Shown here: positions 12,201 through 25,434 of the stretch, piece by piece
Position numbering within the stretch: position 1 is the stretch's first letter
Layout of the letters: the number at the start of each line of letters is the position of its first letter
Assembly (NCBI GenBank): GCA_030390025.1
Contig: CM059429.1
Coordinates: forward strand, 139,066,001-139,130,000
Direction: 5' to 3'
Source: Squalus acanthias
Lineage: Eukaryota
Length of the DNA: 64,000 bases
Notes under the pieces: generated by a model
The model's database searches: none
What the model saw: the letters and a program-made list of their open reading frames with translations, nothing else
What the model was told of the DNA's origin: nothing
Translations under genes and position numbers: made by a program

Positions 12201-13941
12201 CAGTGCCACTCCTTCCTGACTGTATACCACTGTGCCACCACCCCTGGTGGGTCTGTCCCGCCGGTGGGACAGGACATACCCAGGGATGGCTTTGGAAGAG
12301 TTCTGCTATGCCTCTCATCACTTCCCCATCATTCTGCATTGCCAACCCTCCCCCTGCACATCCTAACTCAACACAGCATCACTCGCACCATCAACCATCC
12401 CTCTCTCCCTATGTACAGAATCACTTCCCCATCTAACTATGCACGTCTCAAACTCACCCTCAAGGTTATGCAATGACAACAACTAACAACTCAAAAGGAG
12501 GGAACTTGGCAATGGGAACCCACTCCATCATAGTCTCCCTCTAAACATCTATCGTATCCATTCTTCACAAGCATTCCATCACTCTCACTGAAAATCCACT
12601 TCTTTCCCTCATTGCAGGAAAAGAGATCCCACAATAAGAGGGAGAGGGAGCGAACAGGAGGAGGACCACCATCCACTTCGCAGCTGACCAACGCTGAGGA
12701 GGCGGCTCTCAAAATTGTGGGATCGGTGGAACAGCTAGAAGTGGGGGACGGAGAGACGGGCTCAGTTGAAGAACCTGGTGGCAGAATGCTTCTCCATCCA
12801 TCTTATTTGGCTTTCATGAGTAACACATATGGCACCTGATGTCAATAAAAATTGAATGCTCATCATGTGCACAATGGGATGTGTCGGCAATCTACATATC
12901 ACATGTCTAACTCATGTTTTTACTCTCCCACAGGACCATCAAGAGCCCCCCTCCCTACTGTCCAGGAGGAAGAGTCGGAGGACTCCTCAGAGGATATTCT
13001 GAGGGAGCAGCGTCAGCAGCAATCAGCGCACCCTGCACCAGCACAGAGACGCACACCTCGGTGGGTCGTTTACGAGATAGAGTAGTGTTGTCACCTGGTG
13101 TATCACAACGCACGAGTGAGCAAGAGCAGATGGTGGAGACAGGGACAGCAGTGGAGAGTCCTCGTCGGAGGCCGCAGGATGCTCCTCGCTCTGCTCAGCT
13201 TCATGTAGACGCTGAGCTCGGGGACCATCCAGAAAGAGAGCGGTGCTGGAGTTTCAGGAAGAAGTGCAGGGGGCTCTGACTGGGTTTGCAACCACGGTGA
13301 CTGCGACTGTGCAGAGAATGGAGGAGTCCATCTCAAACATGAGCAATGCCGTGGTGCATGCAATGGAGAATGTAGGTCCCGCCATGGAAAGGATGGCAAC
13401 CTCCATGGGGGACATAAATCGCCAGACTCAAAACAACATGGTGACTCATCTAGATAGATGGTCAGCTATGGAGGATAGATGGGCATCTATCATGGAGAGG
13501 AACCAGAGGTACATGGACATCCCCGTTATGAGGACTGTCAGTACAGAGACGGGTTCTGATGGACCCACTGATGTGTAGCAAGGTGCTCTCCAGCTACATG
13601 CTAGCAGAGAAGTGCGGGTGACCCATGAGAGGGATGATGGTGGGAGGCGACATGCAAGTGGGGGCTCCTCTCCAAGCGCTCACACTGCCAGCCCCTTGCC
13701 AACCCCTTGGTCAGAGCCCCAGATGAGCACCCAAGCAGTGATGGCCGAGTCTGCCCCTGTGCAGCTGCAGTAGGAGCAGAATTTGGCGGGGCCTTCACAG
13801 GCACCAAACCCCAGAGGACAACCACCAAAGGCGTCTAAGCAGGCGCAGCCGGGCGGTGAGCAGGCTGTCTCTACATCTGCTGAAGCCACAGGGGGAGCAC
13901 AACGTAGAAGCACACGTAAGAGAAAGCTGACACATAAATAA
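9294..13941 (+). pseudogene. Harbinger Myb/SANT-like DNA-binding protein gene (exons ~9294-9525, 12618-12777, 12934-13941)
   Basis: MSAERQQAAPRFNEQSLHVLVEGV...WVQCRKRFNDLLHTGK|gtgagt; ttgcag|EKRSHNKRERERTGGGPP; cacag|GPSRAPLPTVQEEE...RRSTRKRKLTHK*. Contains stops and frameshifts. Confidence 0.8.
9555..12300 (-). mobile_element. CR1-clade LINE ORF2 (endonuclease C-terminal part plus RT), degenerate, inside Myb intron 1
   Basis: ORFs 11420-11794, 10949-11320 (KAMGSDNIPAIVLK...WKTAQVCPVHKK) and 9759-10310; T-rich tail at 9555. Confidence 0.9.
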
Positions 13942-14960
13942 GCACAAGGGTACTCACTTGGGTGTTCTGATAGAATTCATTGTGAAGTTTCTGTTCTTTT
14001 CTTAAGTTGCAATAAATGAATGTTGCATGAACGTTTGACATCGTTGCCATATGTGTGCTGACAATTTGAGATGGCAGTGAAGGGTAAGGGCACCTTTTAT
14101 GTCCAGCAATGCAGGTGACAGTGGATATAGAGTTAACCCTATATACTTGCAACCTAAACACAGAATGTGTCTACCAAATTGTTAAATCACCAACCTCTGA
14201 CATTTGAAATTGACCAGATTTGAGAGTGCAGCTTTTAGACTGCAATTGCAGCTGTGAAGTTTCCAGCTCATTGTTATTCCCGATACACTTAACTGGTGTG
14301 TTCTCCGAATGTTGTGAAACCTGACCCAAAACTTGGAAAATTGCAAAAGGCTTTCAAAATAGCTCTAAACAAGCACTTAACAAGGAATTTAGTGCCTCAA
14401 ATCCCTTGCCTGCTGCTTGGTGTCAGGTCTGTTGTGAGATCGCAGACCCGACAATCCTGAAACTCAGACGGAGGCGGGTTCGCAGCGGGTATCCAACCCG
14501 CCGTCAATCATTGCAACTTTAACACCTGACCTGCCTCCGAACCCGCCCTCTGAGCATCGGCAAAATCGCGAAAGAGTGATACAAACAAAACCAAACATTT
14601 CCATCATCTGATCAACTTTAGCAACCTGCAGCCAATTAAAAAAATTGAGAAATTCTTGCTTTCAGAAAATATTATTAAAGTACAAGGACTTCGCTTCACT
14701 ATAAAAAATGAGATGTTCCTGTCTCTAAGCAAGTCCCAGTGTAACGGAGAGTATGGGGCAACTCTGGTCTCTTTAGCACTCTGTGCCTGAACTCATCCAA
14801 ATCCAATCTTATTGCTTCAGCTCAGTCAGTATTTACTACACTAGGTGGCAGTCTGTTCCATAAGTTGAAAACTTTAAGATAAGTTTAATTTGTCACTTCT
14901 TCAAGTTCTAGCCACATCTTCCAGTTTCTTATCCTGGTTTTCCACTAACTACTTCTTTAA

Positions 14961-15185
14961 AAGAAGAAAAAAAGAAAGACTTGCATTTATGTAGTGCCTT
15001 TCACAATCTCAGGACGTCTCAAAGCACTTTAAAGCCAATGAAGTACTTTTGAAGTGTAGTCACTGTTGTAATGTAGGAAACGTGGCAGCCAATGTATTCA
15101 TAGCAAAGTCCACAAACAGCAATGTAGTAATGACCAGATCATCTGTTTTAGTGATGTTGGTTGAGGGATAAATATTGACCCTGAC
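14961..15185 (-). mobile_element. Deu-domain (SacSINE1/AmnSINE-like) SINE, 3' half
   Basis: Reverse complement of 'cattacaacagtgactacacttcaaaagtacttcattggct...aaaggcactacataaatgcaagtc'. Confidence 0.75.
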
Positions 15186-15227
15186 ATTGTAATCCCAACA
15201 CTATAGACTGTCGGTATCAGTTTTATA

Positions 15228-16116
15228 GGGGGAAAAATTCAGTTGGTTGCGCCTCCCGTTAGTACCTTAAGAGGGCGCTAATGAGGCGCGAAGCAACTAG
15301 TGCCCGGATACGGCGATGTTTGCGCCGCTCGTGAAATTAACTAGACATTTTGCGGTGGCGCTAAACACTACCGCCACGGTCTCCTGCGCCGGCAGATCGT
15401 GACGTCAGTTGAGTGCGCAACGTCCCGGTAGCGCCCCGGAGCAGATATTGAGTGGCACCCCCTGCCTTACCGCCTGCCGCTAGCAACGACAGGTTGAGGG
15501 GAGCGTTTTGCAGTCAGGAAGGGACTGGGGGAGTGCTATTTAAAGGCGAACGCTTCCTGCCTTTTTTTGTTGGTGACATTTTTGCAACACGCATTCTGAG
15601 AGAGAGAGAGAGACTTCTGGAGAGATTCAACGCTGTGTGAAAGAGTTTTGGGTACTGAGCAGCACTTTGCAGGTTCAGTTTGATTTGCCCTTCCTTGCAT
15701 CTATTTAGAAGAGATTGTGGGGCTGCACTCTGAGCTCTTTCCCTGGTCCTCTCCATTGTTCAAAAAGCAGATTTGATGTACAGGTCTCTCCAGGCCGAGA
15801 TTCAAGGCTGCAATGAGCAGGATGTGGATGGAGAGCAAAATCAACCCTCCCCTTTAAGAACTGGCCGGCGCCATTGTGTCTGTGTTCCATTGCTGACTGA
15901 CATCACATGAGCTTCGCCAGCGCTCTGAGGTAGCGCCTCGCTCCTCGGCCTTTGCGCCTTAAGACAGGTGTGAAACGCCTGATTTAGCGCTCCAATCACC
16001 TCCAGGGGCGATAAAAGCCAAGTTTGCAGTCGGAGGCGATAATTAGCGCCAGGCGCTAATCTTTGCGCCCGGCCGATAATTGCGCCCCAAATGGGGCGAT
16101 ACTGAATTTTTCCCCC
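15228..16116. mobile_element. Harbinger-type MITE (~890 bp)
   Basis: 16-bp perfect TIR GGGGGAAAAATTCAGT / ACTGAATTTTTCCCCC; inverted sister copy at 43066-43961. Confidence 0.85.
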
Positions 16117-16189
16117 TAGAGTTATAAGATAGATCTTCTTACACATCTCCCCTATCTGTTTCTGCAGTAACTACTACCAACACTACAAC

Positions 16190-17488
16190 AGAGCTTGAGC
16201 ACATGAGCTTGGAGATGGAGCTGGGTTAACACAAACGGAGTGGATCGCAAGCAGAGTGGAGGAATTTGGTGAGCGCGAGAATCGGTGGGGAGGAGGAAGG
16301 CGGGTGAGACATCTAGGGCTTTAAACTAAATAGTAGGGGGGAGGGTTCAGGTGAAGGGGAATTTAGAAAGTCAAAGAGAAAGGAGAAGACAATAATGCAT
16401 GGTAGCGATAGGGGTAATGATAACCAGAGTGTGACAACAGGAGACAGAGCGTACGAACATAAGCATGCACCAGCAAGTAGTTTCAGAGTAGCTAGAAATG
16501 GTATAAAGAAAAAATTAAAAGCTCTTTAGCTGAATGCACGCAGCATTCGTAACAAGATAGATGAGTTGACGGCACAAATAAAAATAAATGGGTATGATCT
16601 GAGCGCCATTACAGAGACGTGGTTGCAAGGTGACCAAGGCTGGGAACTGAATATTCAGGGGTATTTGACATTTCAAAATGATAGGCAGAAAAGAAAAGGA
16701 GGTGGGGTAGCTCTGTTAATAAAGGATGAGATCAGTGCAATGGTGAGAAATGATATTGGCTCAGAAGATCAAGATGTAGAATCAGTTTGGGTGGAGATAA
16801 GAAATAGTAAGGGAAAGAAGTCACTGGTGGGAGTAGTCTATAGGCCCCCGAACAGTAGCTACACTGTAGGACAGAGTATAAATCAAGAAATAATAGGGGT
16901 TTGTAAGAAAGGTACTGCGATAATCATGGACGATTTTAATCTTCATATAGATTGGACAAATCAAATTGGCAAGGGTAGCCTTGAGGACGAGTTCATAGAG
17001 TGTATTCAGGATAGTTTCTTAGAATAATACGTTGTGGAACCAACCAGGGAGAAGGCTATTTTAGATCTGGTAATGTGTATTGAGACAGGATTAATTAATG
17101 ATCTCATAGTAAAGGATCCTCTAGGGAAGAGTGATCATAGCATGTTAGACATTCAGTTTGAGCGTGAGAAACTTGGGTCTGAAACTAGTGTCCTAAACTT
17201 AAATAAAGGCAATTACCAAAGTATGAAGACAGAGTTGGCTAAAGTAGACTGGGAAAATAGATTAAAGGGCAAGACGGAAGATAAGCAGTGGCAGACATTT
17301 AAGGAGATATTTCATAACTCTCAGCAAAGGTTTATTCCAGTGAGAAAGAAAGACTCTACGAGAAGGATGAACCATCTGTGGCTAACGAAGGAAGTTAAGG
17401 ATGGTATCAAATTGAAAGAAAAGGCATGCAATGTTGCGAAGATTAGTGGTAAGCCAGAGGATTGGGAAATTTTTAGAAACCAGCAAAT
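16190..17488 (+). mobile_element. CR1 LINE 5' portion with APE endonuclease
   Basis: ORF 16566-17027: YDLSAITETWL, GVVYRPPNS, IMDDFN; next ORF contains LGKSDH. Confidence 0.85.
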
Positions 17489-20400
17489 GCGTGTTTTCTG
17501 ACCCCGTTTCCATCCCGCCTCCAAGAGGCGGGATAGGCCCTTAAGGCCCTTAACAACCAGTTAAGTGCCTCTATAATCCCATTTTGAGAGGCCTTTCTGA
17601 TTTTACCACTTTTCCCACGTCCTGCACGTCTCCTCTGGAACACGCCAGTGAATCCTGGCGGCCTCACAAGTGGACTGCTTACTAACAGCTGCAGCTCCAC
17701 CATTAAAAAGGAGTTTTCAGCAATCATCATTTGCAGGTGGCAGAACTTTGTTGTCTCAGGTCTGGGGGAACTTTTAGCAGGCATACCCATTGTTGTGGAA
17801 GTTTGAGCTTGACACCCATCTCCAGTGTGACCTCCTGGGAAACCCCTCTCGCCACCTTGACTGAGCGCTTCCTCAACTGAGGCATATACCAGAAGCATGG
17901 GAACCATTTATTTCCTTTCCTCCTGGACATCAGATTCGGACGAAGACCAGCCGTGGCAGCAGCAGAACCATGAACAACAGCACCACCAACAGCAACAGCA
18001 ACAACAGGAGTGCCAAGCTGCTGCTCACCCACCTGAAGCTGCACAGGCCAGAAGGCGCCAGCGCGCGACCACATTGCTTCCCGGGATGCAAGGGACGCAC
18101 TCATCTTGGCCAGATTTGCTTAGCCTGCACAATCAAACACTTTTGCCTCGCACCTTCTTATCAGACCATCGGCAATGGCCAAGAACCTGCAGATTCCTAT
18201 CACTCTGATCACCATACTGACAATTGCAAGTCACCCTAAGCCCTCAATGTGGAAGTCCCATTAGCGAAATGACACACGCCACAACTGCAACAGTTTGCCA
18301 TCAGAATTTTTTATGACAATAAGCAACTGATGGCTTTTCAAAATTAAACACAACATTACACCCAAGTGACTACCCTTGTGACTACTTGTGCATTATCTTC
18401 CTCTTACGCGTGCTCCTACGTAGTGCTTCCCCTGTGGCTTCAGCAGATGTGGAGGCCCCTTGCTCATTTTCTTGCTGCTCCTGTCTCGACACCTTTGGCG
18501 GGCGTCCTCTGGGGTTGTGAGCCTGTGAGGGCTCAGCAACAGTCTGCTGCACCTGCGGCGGTGCAGGGGTTGAGATGCCGATCTCAGTTGGGTGGGGACT
18601 CTGGTGGGGCTTTGACTGAGGGCTCTGCAGTGGCATGGTCGTGTGAGCGCTTGGACAGGAGCCCCCACTTCCTTGTTGTATGCCACCAACATCCCTCTCA
18701 TGGGTCAGCCCCAATTCAGAGCTAGCAAGTGGCTGGACAGCACCTTGCTGCACTGCAGGAGGGCCATGAGGACCTGTTTCTGCACTGGAAGTCCTACTCC
18801 AGAGGACTTGCATGAAGGTCTGGTTTGTTTGCTCAATAGCTGACCATCGCTCCTCAAGATGTCAGTCTATTCTGAACAATTACCATGTTTTCCATACCCT
18901 GGCGACTAAGCTCCTCCATGGACATAGCCATCCTCTCCTCTACCGTAGCTATCCTCTCCTCTACGGTAGCCAGCCTTACCATGGAGGTAACCATCCTTTC
19001 CAAGGAGGTTGCCATCCTTTCCGTGGTGATGCGTTCATGTGCCAACGCCTCCACAAAGGCTCTGCCCATGTTCGCGATGGACTCCTCCATTCGCTCCACA
19101 CTCGCAGCGACCCTGGAGACAAAACCTGCCAGAGACTCCTGCACCTGTTCCTGGAGTTCGAGCACCGCTCTCCTTCTGGATGGACCCGGAGGCACAGGGT
19201 CGACATGCAGTGGAGCCAAGCTGGGAGCGTCCTCTCCACTGCGACGAGGACTCTCCACTGCTGTCCCTGTCTCCACCATCTGCTGATGCTCACTTGTGAG
19301 CTGTGATACACCAGGTGACAACTCTACTCTATGTACCGAAGGTCCCACTGAGGTGTGAGTGTCTGCGCTGGTGCAGGGTGCGCTTAATTCTGCTGACGGA
19401 GCGCCCTCAGAGGTTGCAGCTTCCTCTGAGGAGTCTGGAAGCTCAGGCTCTTCCTCCTGGACAGTGGGGACGGGGGCTCTCGATGGTCCTGTGGGGGAGT
19501 AAAGGAAAGAGTTAGAGATGTGAGGTAAAGGTTGCATGCACATTGAATTGTGCAGATGATCATAAGTCAATCTGTTAGAGCATCAGAATCATTATCAGTC
19601 ACTCATGCAATGTCAATGAGAGAGATGCCAAACTATTCTGTCACCAGCTTGCTGTGATGCGCCCGCCTGTCCGTCCCCCACTTGGGAATCCTCCTCGATC
19701 CCGGCAATTTCCAGGGCCGCCTCCTCCGAGGTGGTGAGCTGGGCTACTGAGTGTGGCCCTCCTCCTGTCCTCGCTTTTTCCCTCTTATTGTGGGCTCTCT
19801 TTTCCTGCAATGAGGGACACAAGTGGAGTTTGAGTGAGAATGAAGGAGTGAGTGTAGAGAATCCATAACATAGATGCTTAGAAGGAGACAAAGGGCCCTC
19901 CCTGTGTGTTGTAAGTTGTTGTCATAGGGAGTGTGAGGGCTGCATGGTCGAATAGTTAAGTGAATGTGACCATAGAGAGAGAGGGAATGGGTAAGGGTGC
20001 AGGGATGTCAGTGTCAAGTAGGATGTGGAGGAAGAGGTTGGCAAAGCAGAGTGCTGGTGAGGCGAGGCGATGGGGATGAGATTGAGGGTGATGAGAAAGT
20101 CATACTCACTGTTCCTGTGCGGAGAAGGTCATGAAACCTCTTCCTGCACTGCAGCCAGGTCCTGCGGCACATAGAGATGGCATTGACCTCCTGAGCCACT
20201 TGCAGCCACACAGCTTTAATCTAATGTGGTGGCTTTTTTCTCCCTGAGGAAGGGAAGAGCACCTCCTTATTAGATCTTGCTCCCTGCACCAGAGCTTGGA
20301 GGGAGGGCTCATCAAGGCGAGGTGCACACTTTTGCTTGCTGGTGGACATGGTCGGTAAATGAAGTCCTTCATACAATGTCCAAAGCATTTCCAGTCTCCA

Positions 20401-20629
20401 GAAGAAGCAAGGCTGCTTGCAGGCCTTAAATCCAGCAGCACTGATGACGTCATCGGAGGCGACTTTCAGGAAGGAAAGACTAATTGGGCCAGGGGTTCCC
20501 ACACGCTGGAAATCAAGTGCCCAATTAGGGGAAAATCGCACTTTTTACCCACTTCACATCGGAGTCGGGGTCCTGACACGAAAACCACCTGACACGCCCT
20601 AGCCCGACCCCAATGGCAAAATCGAGCCC
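17489..20629 (-). mobile_element. PIF/Harbinger element with 3-exon Myb/SANT gene (minus) and a probable truncated transposase N-terminus (plus, ~17897-18100)
   Basis: Right end reverse-complements to GGGCTCGATTTT; sits between two CR1 segments; Myb gene homologous to 9294-13941. Confidence 0.7.
18382..20349 (-). pseudogene. Harbinger Myb/SANT-like gene (exons 20349-20110, 19804-19645, 19488-18382)
   Basis: MSTSKQKCAPRLDEPSLQALVQG...WLQCRKRFHDLLRTGT|gtgagt; EKRAHNKREKARTGGGP; GPSRAPVPTVQEEE...ERMATSLERMVTS...LRRSTRKRKIMHK. Exon 2 is 160 nt, as in the first copy. Confidence 0.8.
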
Positions 20630-21165
20630 AAAGAGTCTGCAAAGGGATATAGATAGGTTAAGTGAGTGGGCAAAAATTTGGCAGATGGAGTATAATGTGG
20701 GAAAATGTGAGGTTATCCACTTTGGTAGGAAAAATAAAAAAGCAAATTATTATTTAAATGGAGAGAGACTACATAATGCTGCGGTACAGCGGGATCTGGG
20801 GGTCCTCGTACATGAAACACAAAAATTTAGCATTCAGATACAGCAAGTAATTAGGAAGGCAAATAGAACGTTGGCCTTTATTGCAAGGGGGATGGAGTAT
20901 AAAAGTAGGGAAGTCTTGCTACAACTGTACAGGGCGTTGGTGATACCACGCCTGGAGTACTGCGTGCAGTTTTGGTCTCCTAATTTAAGGAGGGATATAC
21001 TTACATTGGAGGCAGTTCAGAGAAGGTTCACGAGGTTGATTCCTGAGATGAAGTGGTTGTCTTATGAAGAAAGGTTGAGCAGGTTGGGCCTATACTCATT
21101 GGAGTTTAGAAGAATGAGAGGGTAGATGCTGAGAGGATGTTTCCCCTCGTGGGGGAATCTAGAAC
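20630..21165 (+). mobile_element. CR1 LINE RT C-terminal fragment
   Basis: LQRDIDRLSEWAKIWQMEYNVGKCEVIHFG...LEYCVQFWSP. Confidence 0.9.
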
Positions 21166-21345
21166 CCCGAGAGTCCAAAATTCTATCTATCTCAGCCTTG
21201 AATATACTCAAAGACTCTGCATTCACAGCCCTCTGGGGTAGAGAATTCCAAAGATTCACAAACCTCTGAGTGAAGAAATTTCTCCGCATCTCAGTCTTAA
21301 ATGGCCTACCCCTTATCCTGAGACTATGCCCCCTAGTTCCAGACA
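21166..21345 (-). mobile_element. Inverted CR1 3' fragment
   Basis: GTRGHSLRIRGRPFKTEMRRNFFTQRFVNLWNSLP on minus. Confidence 0.8.
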
Positions 21346-21379
21346 CGTGCCTAGATAAAGGTAGGCCCAAGAGCCCAGA

Positions 21380-24300
21380 GCCTGGAGGGAGTGCGAGCGT
21401 CAGGTTTCGGAGCTTGAGCAGCAGCTGGCATCACTGCGGTGCATCCATGAGGCTGAGAGCTACGCGAATAGCACGTTTCAGGAAGTGGTCACCCCGCAGT
21501 GTAAGAATGTGCGGGCAGTGAGGGAATGGGTGACAGTCAGTCAGTCAAGGAGGACCAGGCAGGTAGTGCAGGAGTCCCCTGAGTGCATCTCACTCTCTAG
21601 CCAGTATTCAGGAATATGATGTCGTAGCGATAACGGAGACCTGGCTCAAAAAAGGGCAGGATTGGGTACTAAATATTCCTGGATATAAGATGTTCAGGAA
21701 AGATAGGGAAAGAAAGAGAGTAGGTGGGGTGGCAGTATTGATTAAGGAGAATATTACAGTGCTGGAGAGAGAGGATGTCCTGGAGGGGTCAAGGACAGAA
21801 TCTATTTGGTTAGAGTTGAGAAATAATAGAGGTGCTACTAGGTGTATTCTATAGGCCGCCAACTAGTAGGAAGGATATAGAGGAGCAAATTTGCAGAGAA
21901 ATTATAGAGAGGTGCAAGAACTATAGAGTAGTGATAATAGGGGACTTCAACTATCCTAACATAGACTGGGATAGTAATAGTGTAAAGGGCAGAGAGGGGG
22001 AAGAATTTCTGAAATGTGTTCAGGAGAACTTTCTTGATCAGTATGTTTCCGGCCCAACGAGGAAGGAGGCATTGCTGGATCTGGTTCTGGGGAATGAGGT
22101 GGGTCAAGTAGAGCAAGTTTCAGTAGGGGAACCTTTAGGGAACAGTGATCACAGTATCATAAGGTTTAGATTAGCTATGGAAAAGGACAGGGAGAAATCT
22201 AGAATAAAAATACTTAATTGGAGGAAGGCCAATTTCAGTAGGTTGAGATTGGATCTGGCCCAGGGAAATTGGAATCATAGATTGAGGGAGTAACTGGTAA
22301 AATAGATGGGGGAGAGCCAGTAGATGTGGTGTACCTGGACTTCCAAAAGGCCTTCGACAAGGTCCCACATAAAAGATTAGCATGGAAAATTGAAGCTCAT
22401 GGGATAAAGGGGAAAGTATTGACGTGGATAGAGAACTGGCTGTCAGATAGAAAACAGAGAGTTGGAATAAACGGCTCATTTTCTGAATGGCAGGCAGTAA
22501 CAAGTGGGGTACCACAGGGATCTGTCCTGGGTCCCCAGCTGTTCACAATTTACATTAATGACCTGGATCAGGGAGTCGGATGCAGCATTTCCAAATTTGC
22601 AGACGACACTAAACTAGGAGGGGGGGTGGGCTCAGAGGAGGAGACCAGGAAGCTCCAGAGCGATTTGGACAGACTGGGTGATTGGGCGGTTAAATGGCAG
22701 ATGCACTATAATGTGGACAAGTGCGAAGTTATCCACCTTGGGTGCAGGAACGGGAGGGCAAATTATTATTTAAATGGCAATAAATTGGGAGAGGGGGAAG
22801 TACAGAGAGACCTGGGTGTTCTTGTACACCAGTCACTGAAGGCGAGAATGCAGGTGCAACAGGCGGTCAAGAAGGCAAACGGTATGCTGGCCTTCATAGC
22901 AAAAGGGTTGGAATACAGGAACAGGGATACCTTGCTGCAGCTGTACAGGGCACTGGTGAGACCACACCTCGAGTACTGTGTACAGTTTTGGTCGCCTCAT
23001 CTGAGGAAAGATGTTCTTGCCATGGAGGGGGTGCAGCGGCGATTCACCAGGCTGATACCAGGAATGGCGGGATTGACCTATGAGGAGAGACTATGTAGTT
23101 TAGGGATGTACACACTGGAGTTTAGAAGATTGAGAGGGGACCTCATAGAAGTGTATAAAATTCTGACAGGTCTAGACAGACTAGATGCAGAAGGAATGTT
23201 TCCCTTGGCGGGTGAGAACAGAACTAGAGGACATAATTTAAGGATAAGGGCTAAACCATTTAGGACAGAAATGAGGGGGAATTTCTTCACTCAGAGGGTG
23301 GTGAACCTGTGGAACTCATTGCCACAGAGGGCAGTGTACGCCAGCTCATTAAATATATTTAAGAGGGAATTAGATATATTTCTACAGGCAAAAGGGGTTA
23401 AGGGTTACGGAGAGAAGGCGGGGACGGGATACTGAATTGGAGGATCAGCCATGATCTCATTAAATGGCGGAGCAGGCTCGAAGGGCCGGATGGCCTACTC
23501 CTGCTCCTATCTTCTATGTATCTATGTATCTATGTATCTATGTATTGGCAGGCAAACCTGTCAATGGGCAATGGGCTGCCTTTAAAGAGGAGATGGTTCA
23601 GGTACAGTCGAGGTACATTCCCATGAGGGGGAAAGGTAAGGCAACCAAAGCCAGAGCTCCCTGGATGATGAAGGAGATAGAGAGTAAGATGAAGCAGAAA
23701 AAGGGGGTGTATGACAGATGTCAGGTTGGGAATACAAGTGAGAACCAGGCTGAATATAGAAAGTTCAGCGGGGAAGTGAAAAAGGAAATAAGAAGGGCAA
23801 AGAGAGAATATGAGAATAGATTGGCAGCTAACATAAAAGGGAATCTAGAAGTCTTCTATAGGCATATAAATAGTAAATGGGTAGTAAGAGAAGGGGTGGG
23901 GCCAATTAGGGACCAAAATGGAGACCTACGCATGGAGGCAGAGGGCATGGCTGAGGTACTAAATGAGTACTTTGCATCTGTCTTTACCAAGGAAGAAGAT
24001 GCTGCCAAAGTCATGGTGAAAGAGGAGGTAGTTGAGATACTGGATGGGATAAAAATTGATAAAGAGGAGGTACTAGAAAGGCTGGCTGTGCTTAAAGTAG
24101 ATAAGTCACCAGGGCCAGATGGGATGCATCCTAGGATGCTGAGGGAAGTAAAGGTGGAAATTGCAGATGTACTGGCCATAATCTTCCAATCCTCCTTGGA
24201 TACAGAGGTAGTGCCAGAGGATTGGAGAATTGCAAATGTTACACCCTTGTTCAAAAAAGGGTGTAAGGATAAACCCAACAACAACAGGCCAGTCAGTTTA

Positions 24301-25434
24301 ATCTCGGTAGTGGGGAAGCTTTTAGAAATGATAATCCATACAAAATTGACAGTCACTTGGACAAGTGTGGATTAATTAAGGACACAGATTTGTTAAAGGC
24401 AAATCGTGTTTAACTAACTTGATTGAGTTTTTTGATGAGGTAACAGAAAGGGTTGATGAGGGCAATGCGGTTGATATGGATTTCCAAAAGGTGTTTGACA
24501 AAGTGCCACATAATAGGCTTGCCAGCAAAGTTGAAGCCCATGGCATAAAAGGGACAGTGGCAGCATGGATACGAAATTGGCTAAGTGACAGGAAACAGAG
24601 AGTAGTGGTGAACGGTTGTTTATCGGAATGGAGGAAGGTATACAGTGGTGTTCCCCGGGGTCAGTACTAGGGCCACTGCTTTTCTTGATATATATTAATG
24701 AGTTAGACTTGGGTGTACAGGGCACAATTTCAAAATTTGCAGACGACACAAAACTTGGAAGTATCGTGAACAGTGAGGAGGATAGTGATAGACTTCAAGA
24801 GGCCATAGACAGGCTGGTGGAATGGGCGGACATGTGGCAGATGAAATTTAACACAGAAAAGAGCAAAGTGATACATTTTGGTAGGAAGAATGAGGAGAGG
24901 CAATTCTAAAGGGAGTGCATGAACAGAGAGACCTGGGGGTATACACGCACAAATCGTTGAAGGTGGAAGGGCAGGTTGAGAAAGCGGTTAAAAAAGCATA
25001 CGGGATCCTGGGCTTCATAAATAGAGGCATAGAGTACAAAAGCAAGGAAGTTATGATGAACCTTTATAAAACATTGGTTCGGCCTCAACTGGAGTATTGT
25101 GTCCAATTCTGGGCACCGCACTTTAGGAAGGATGTGAAGGCCTTAGAGAAGGTGCAGCAAAGATTGACAAGAATGGTTCCAGGGATGAGGGACTTCAGTT
25201 ACGTGGATAGACGGGAGAAGCTGGGCTTGTTCTCTTTAGAGCAGAGAAGGTTGAGAGGAGATTTGATAGAGGTGTTCAAAATCATGAGGGGTCTAGACAG
25301 AGTAAATAGAGAGAAACAGTTCCCATTGGTGAAAGGGTCAAGAACCAGAGGACACAGATTTAAGGTGGTTAGCAGAAGAACCAAAAGCGACATCAGGAAA
25401 AAAAATGTATGCAGCGAGTGGTTAAGATCTGGAA
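21380..25434 (+). mobile_element. Degenerate CR1 LINE (ORF1 coiled-coil fragment, then EN and RT) hosting a nested younger CR1
   Basis: ORF1-like RVSELEQQLASLRCIHEAESY (~21398) joined directly to YDVVAITETWL (~21616); ORFs 21832, 23464, 24419, 24616 and 24915 (FADD, HFRKD). Confidence 0.85.
22285..23543 (+). mobile_element. Young 5'-truncated CR1 with intact RT C-terminal ORF (22326-23435)
   Basis: 369 aa without stops (DFQKAFDKV, GVPQGSVLGP, KFADD); (tatctatg)n tail; host frame WNHRL|AGKP restored on removal; attg duplicated at 22281-22284 and 23544-23547. Confidence 0.92.

Larger units (their letters stand above)
9024..14572 (+). mobile_element. PIF/Harbinger-type element carrying only the Myb/SANT gene, interrupted by a LINE
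   Basis: Imperfect inverted ends 'gcgattttc...ggcggg' and 'cccgccc...aaaatcgcg'; internal 3-exon Myb/SANT pseudogene; no transposase seen. Confidence 0.7.

Noticed and set aside
9294-13941. Host NAIF1/MSANTD gene
   Set aside because: Contains stops and frameshifts, is flanked by transposon-like ends and is multi-copy within the window.
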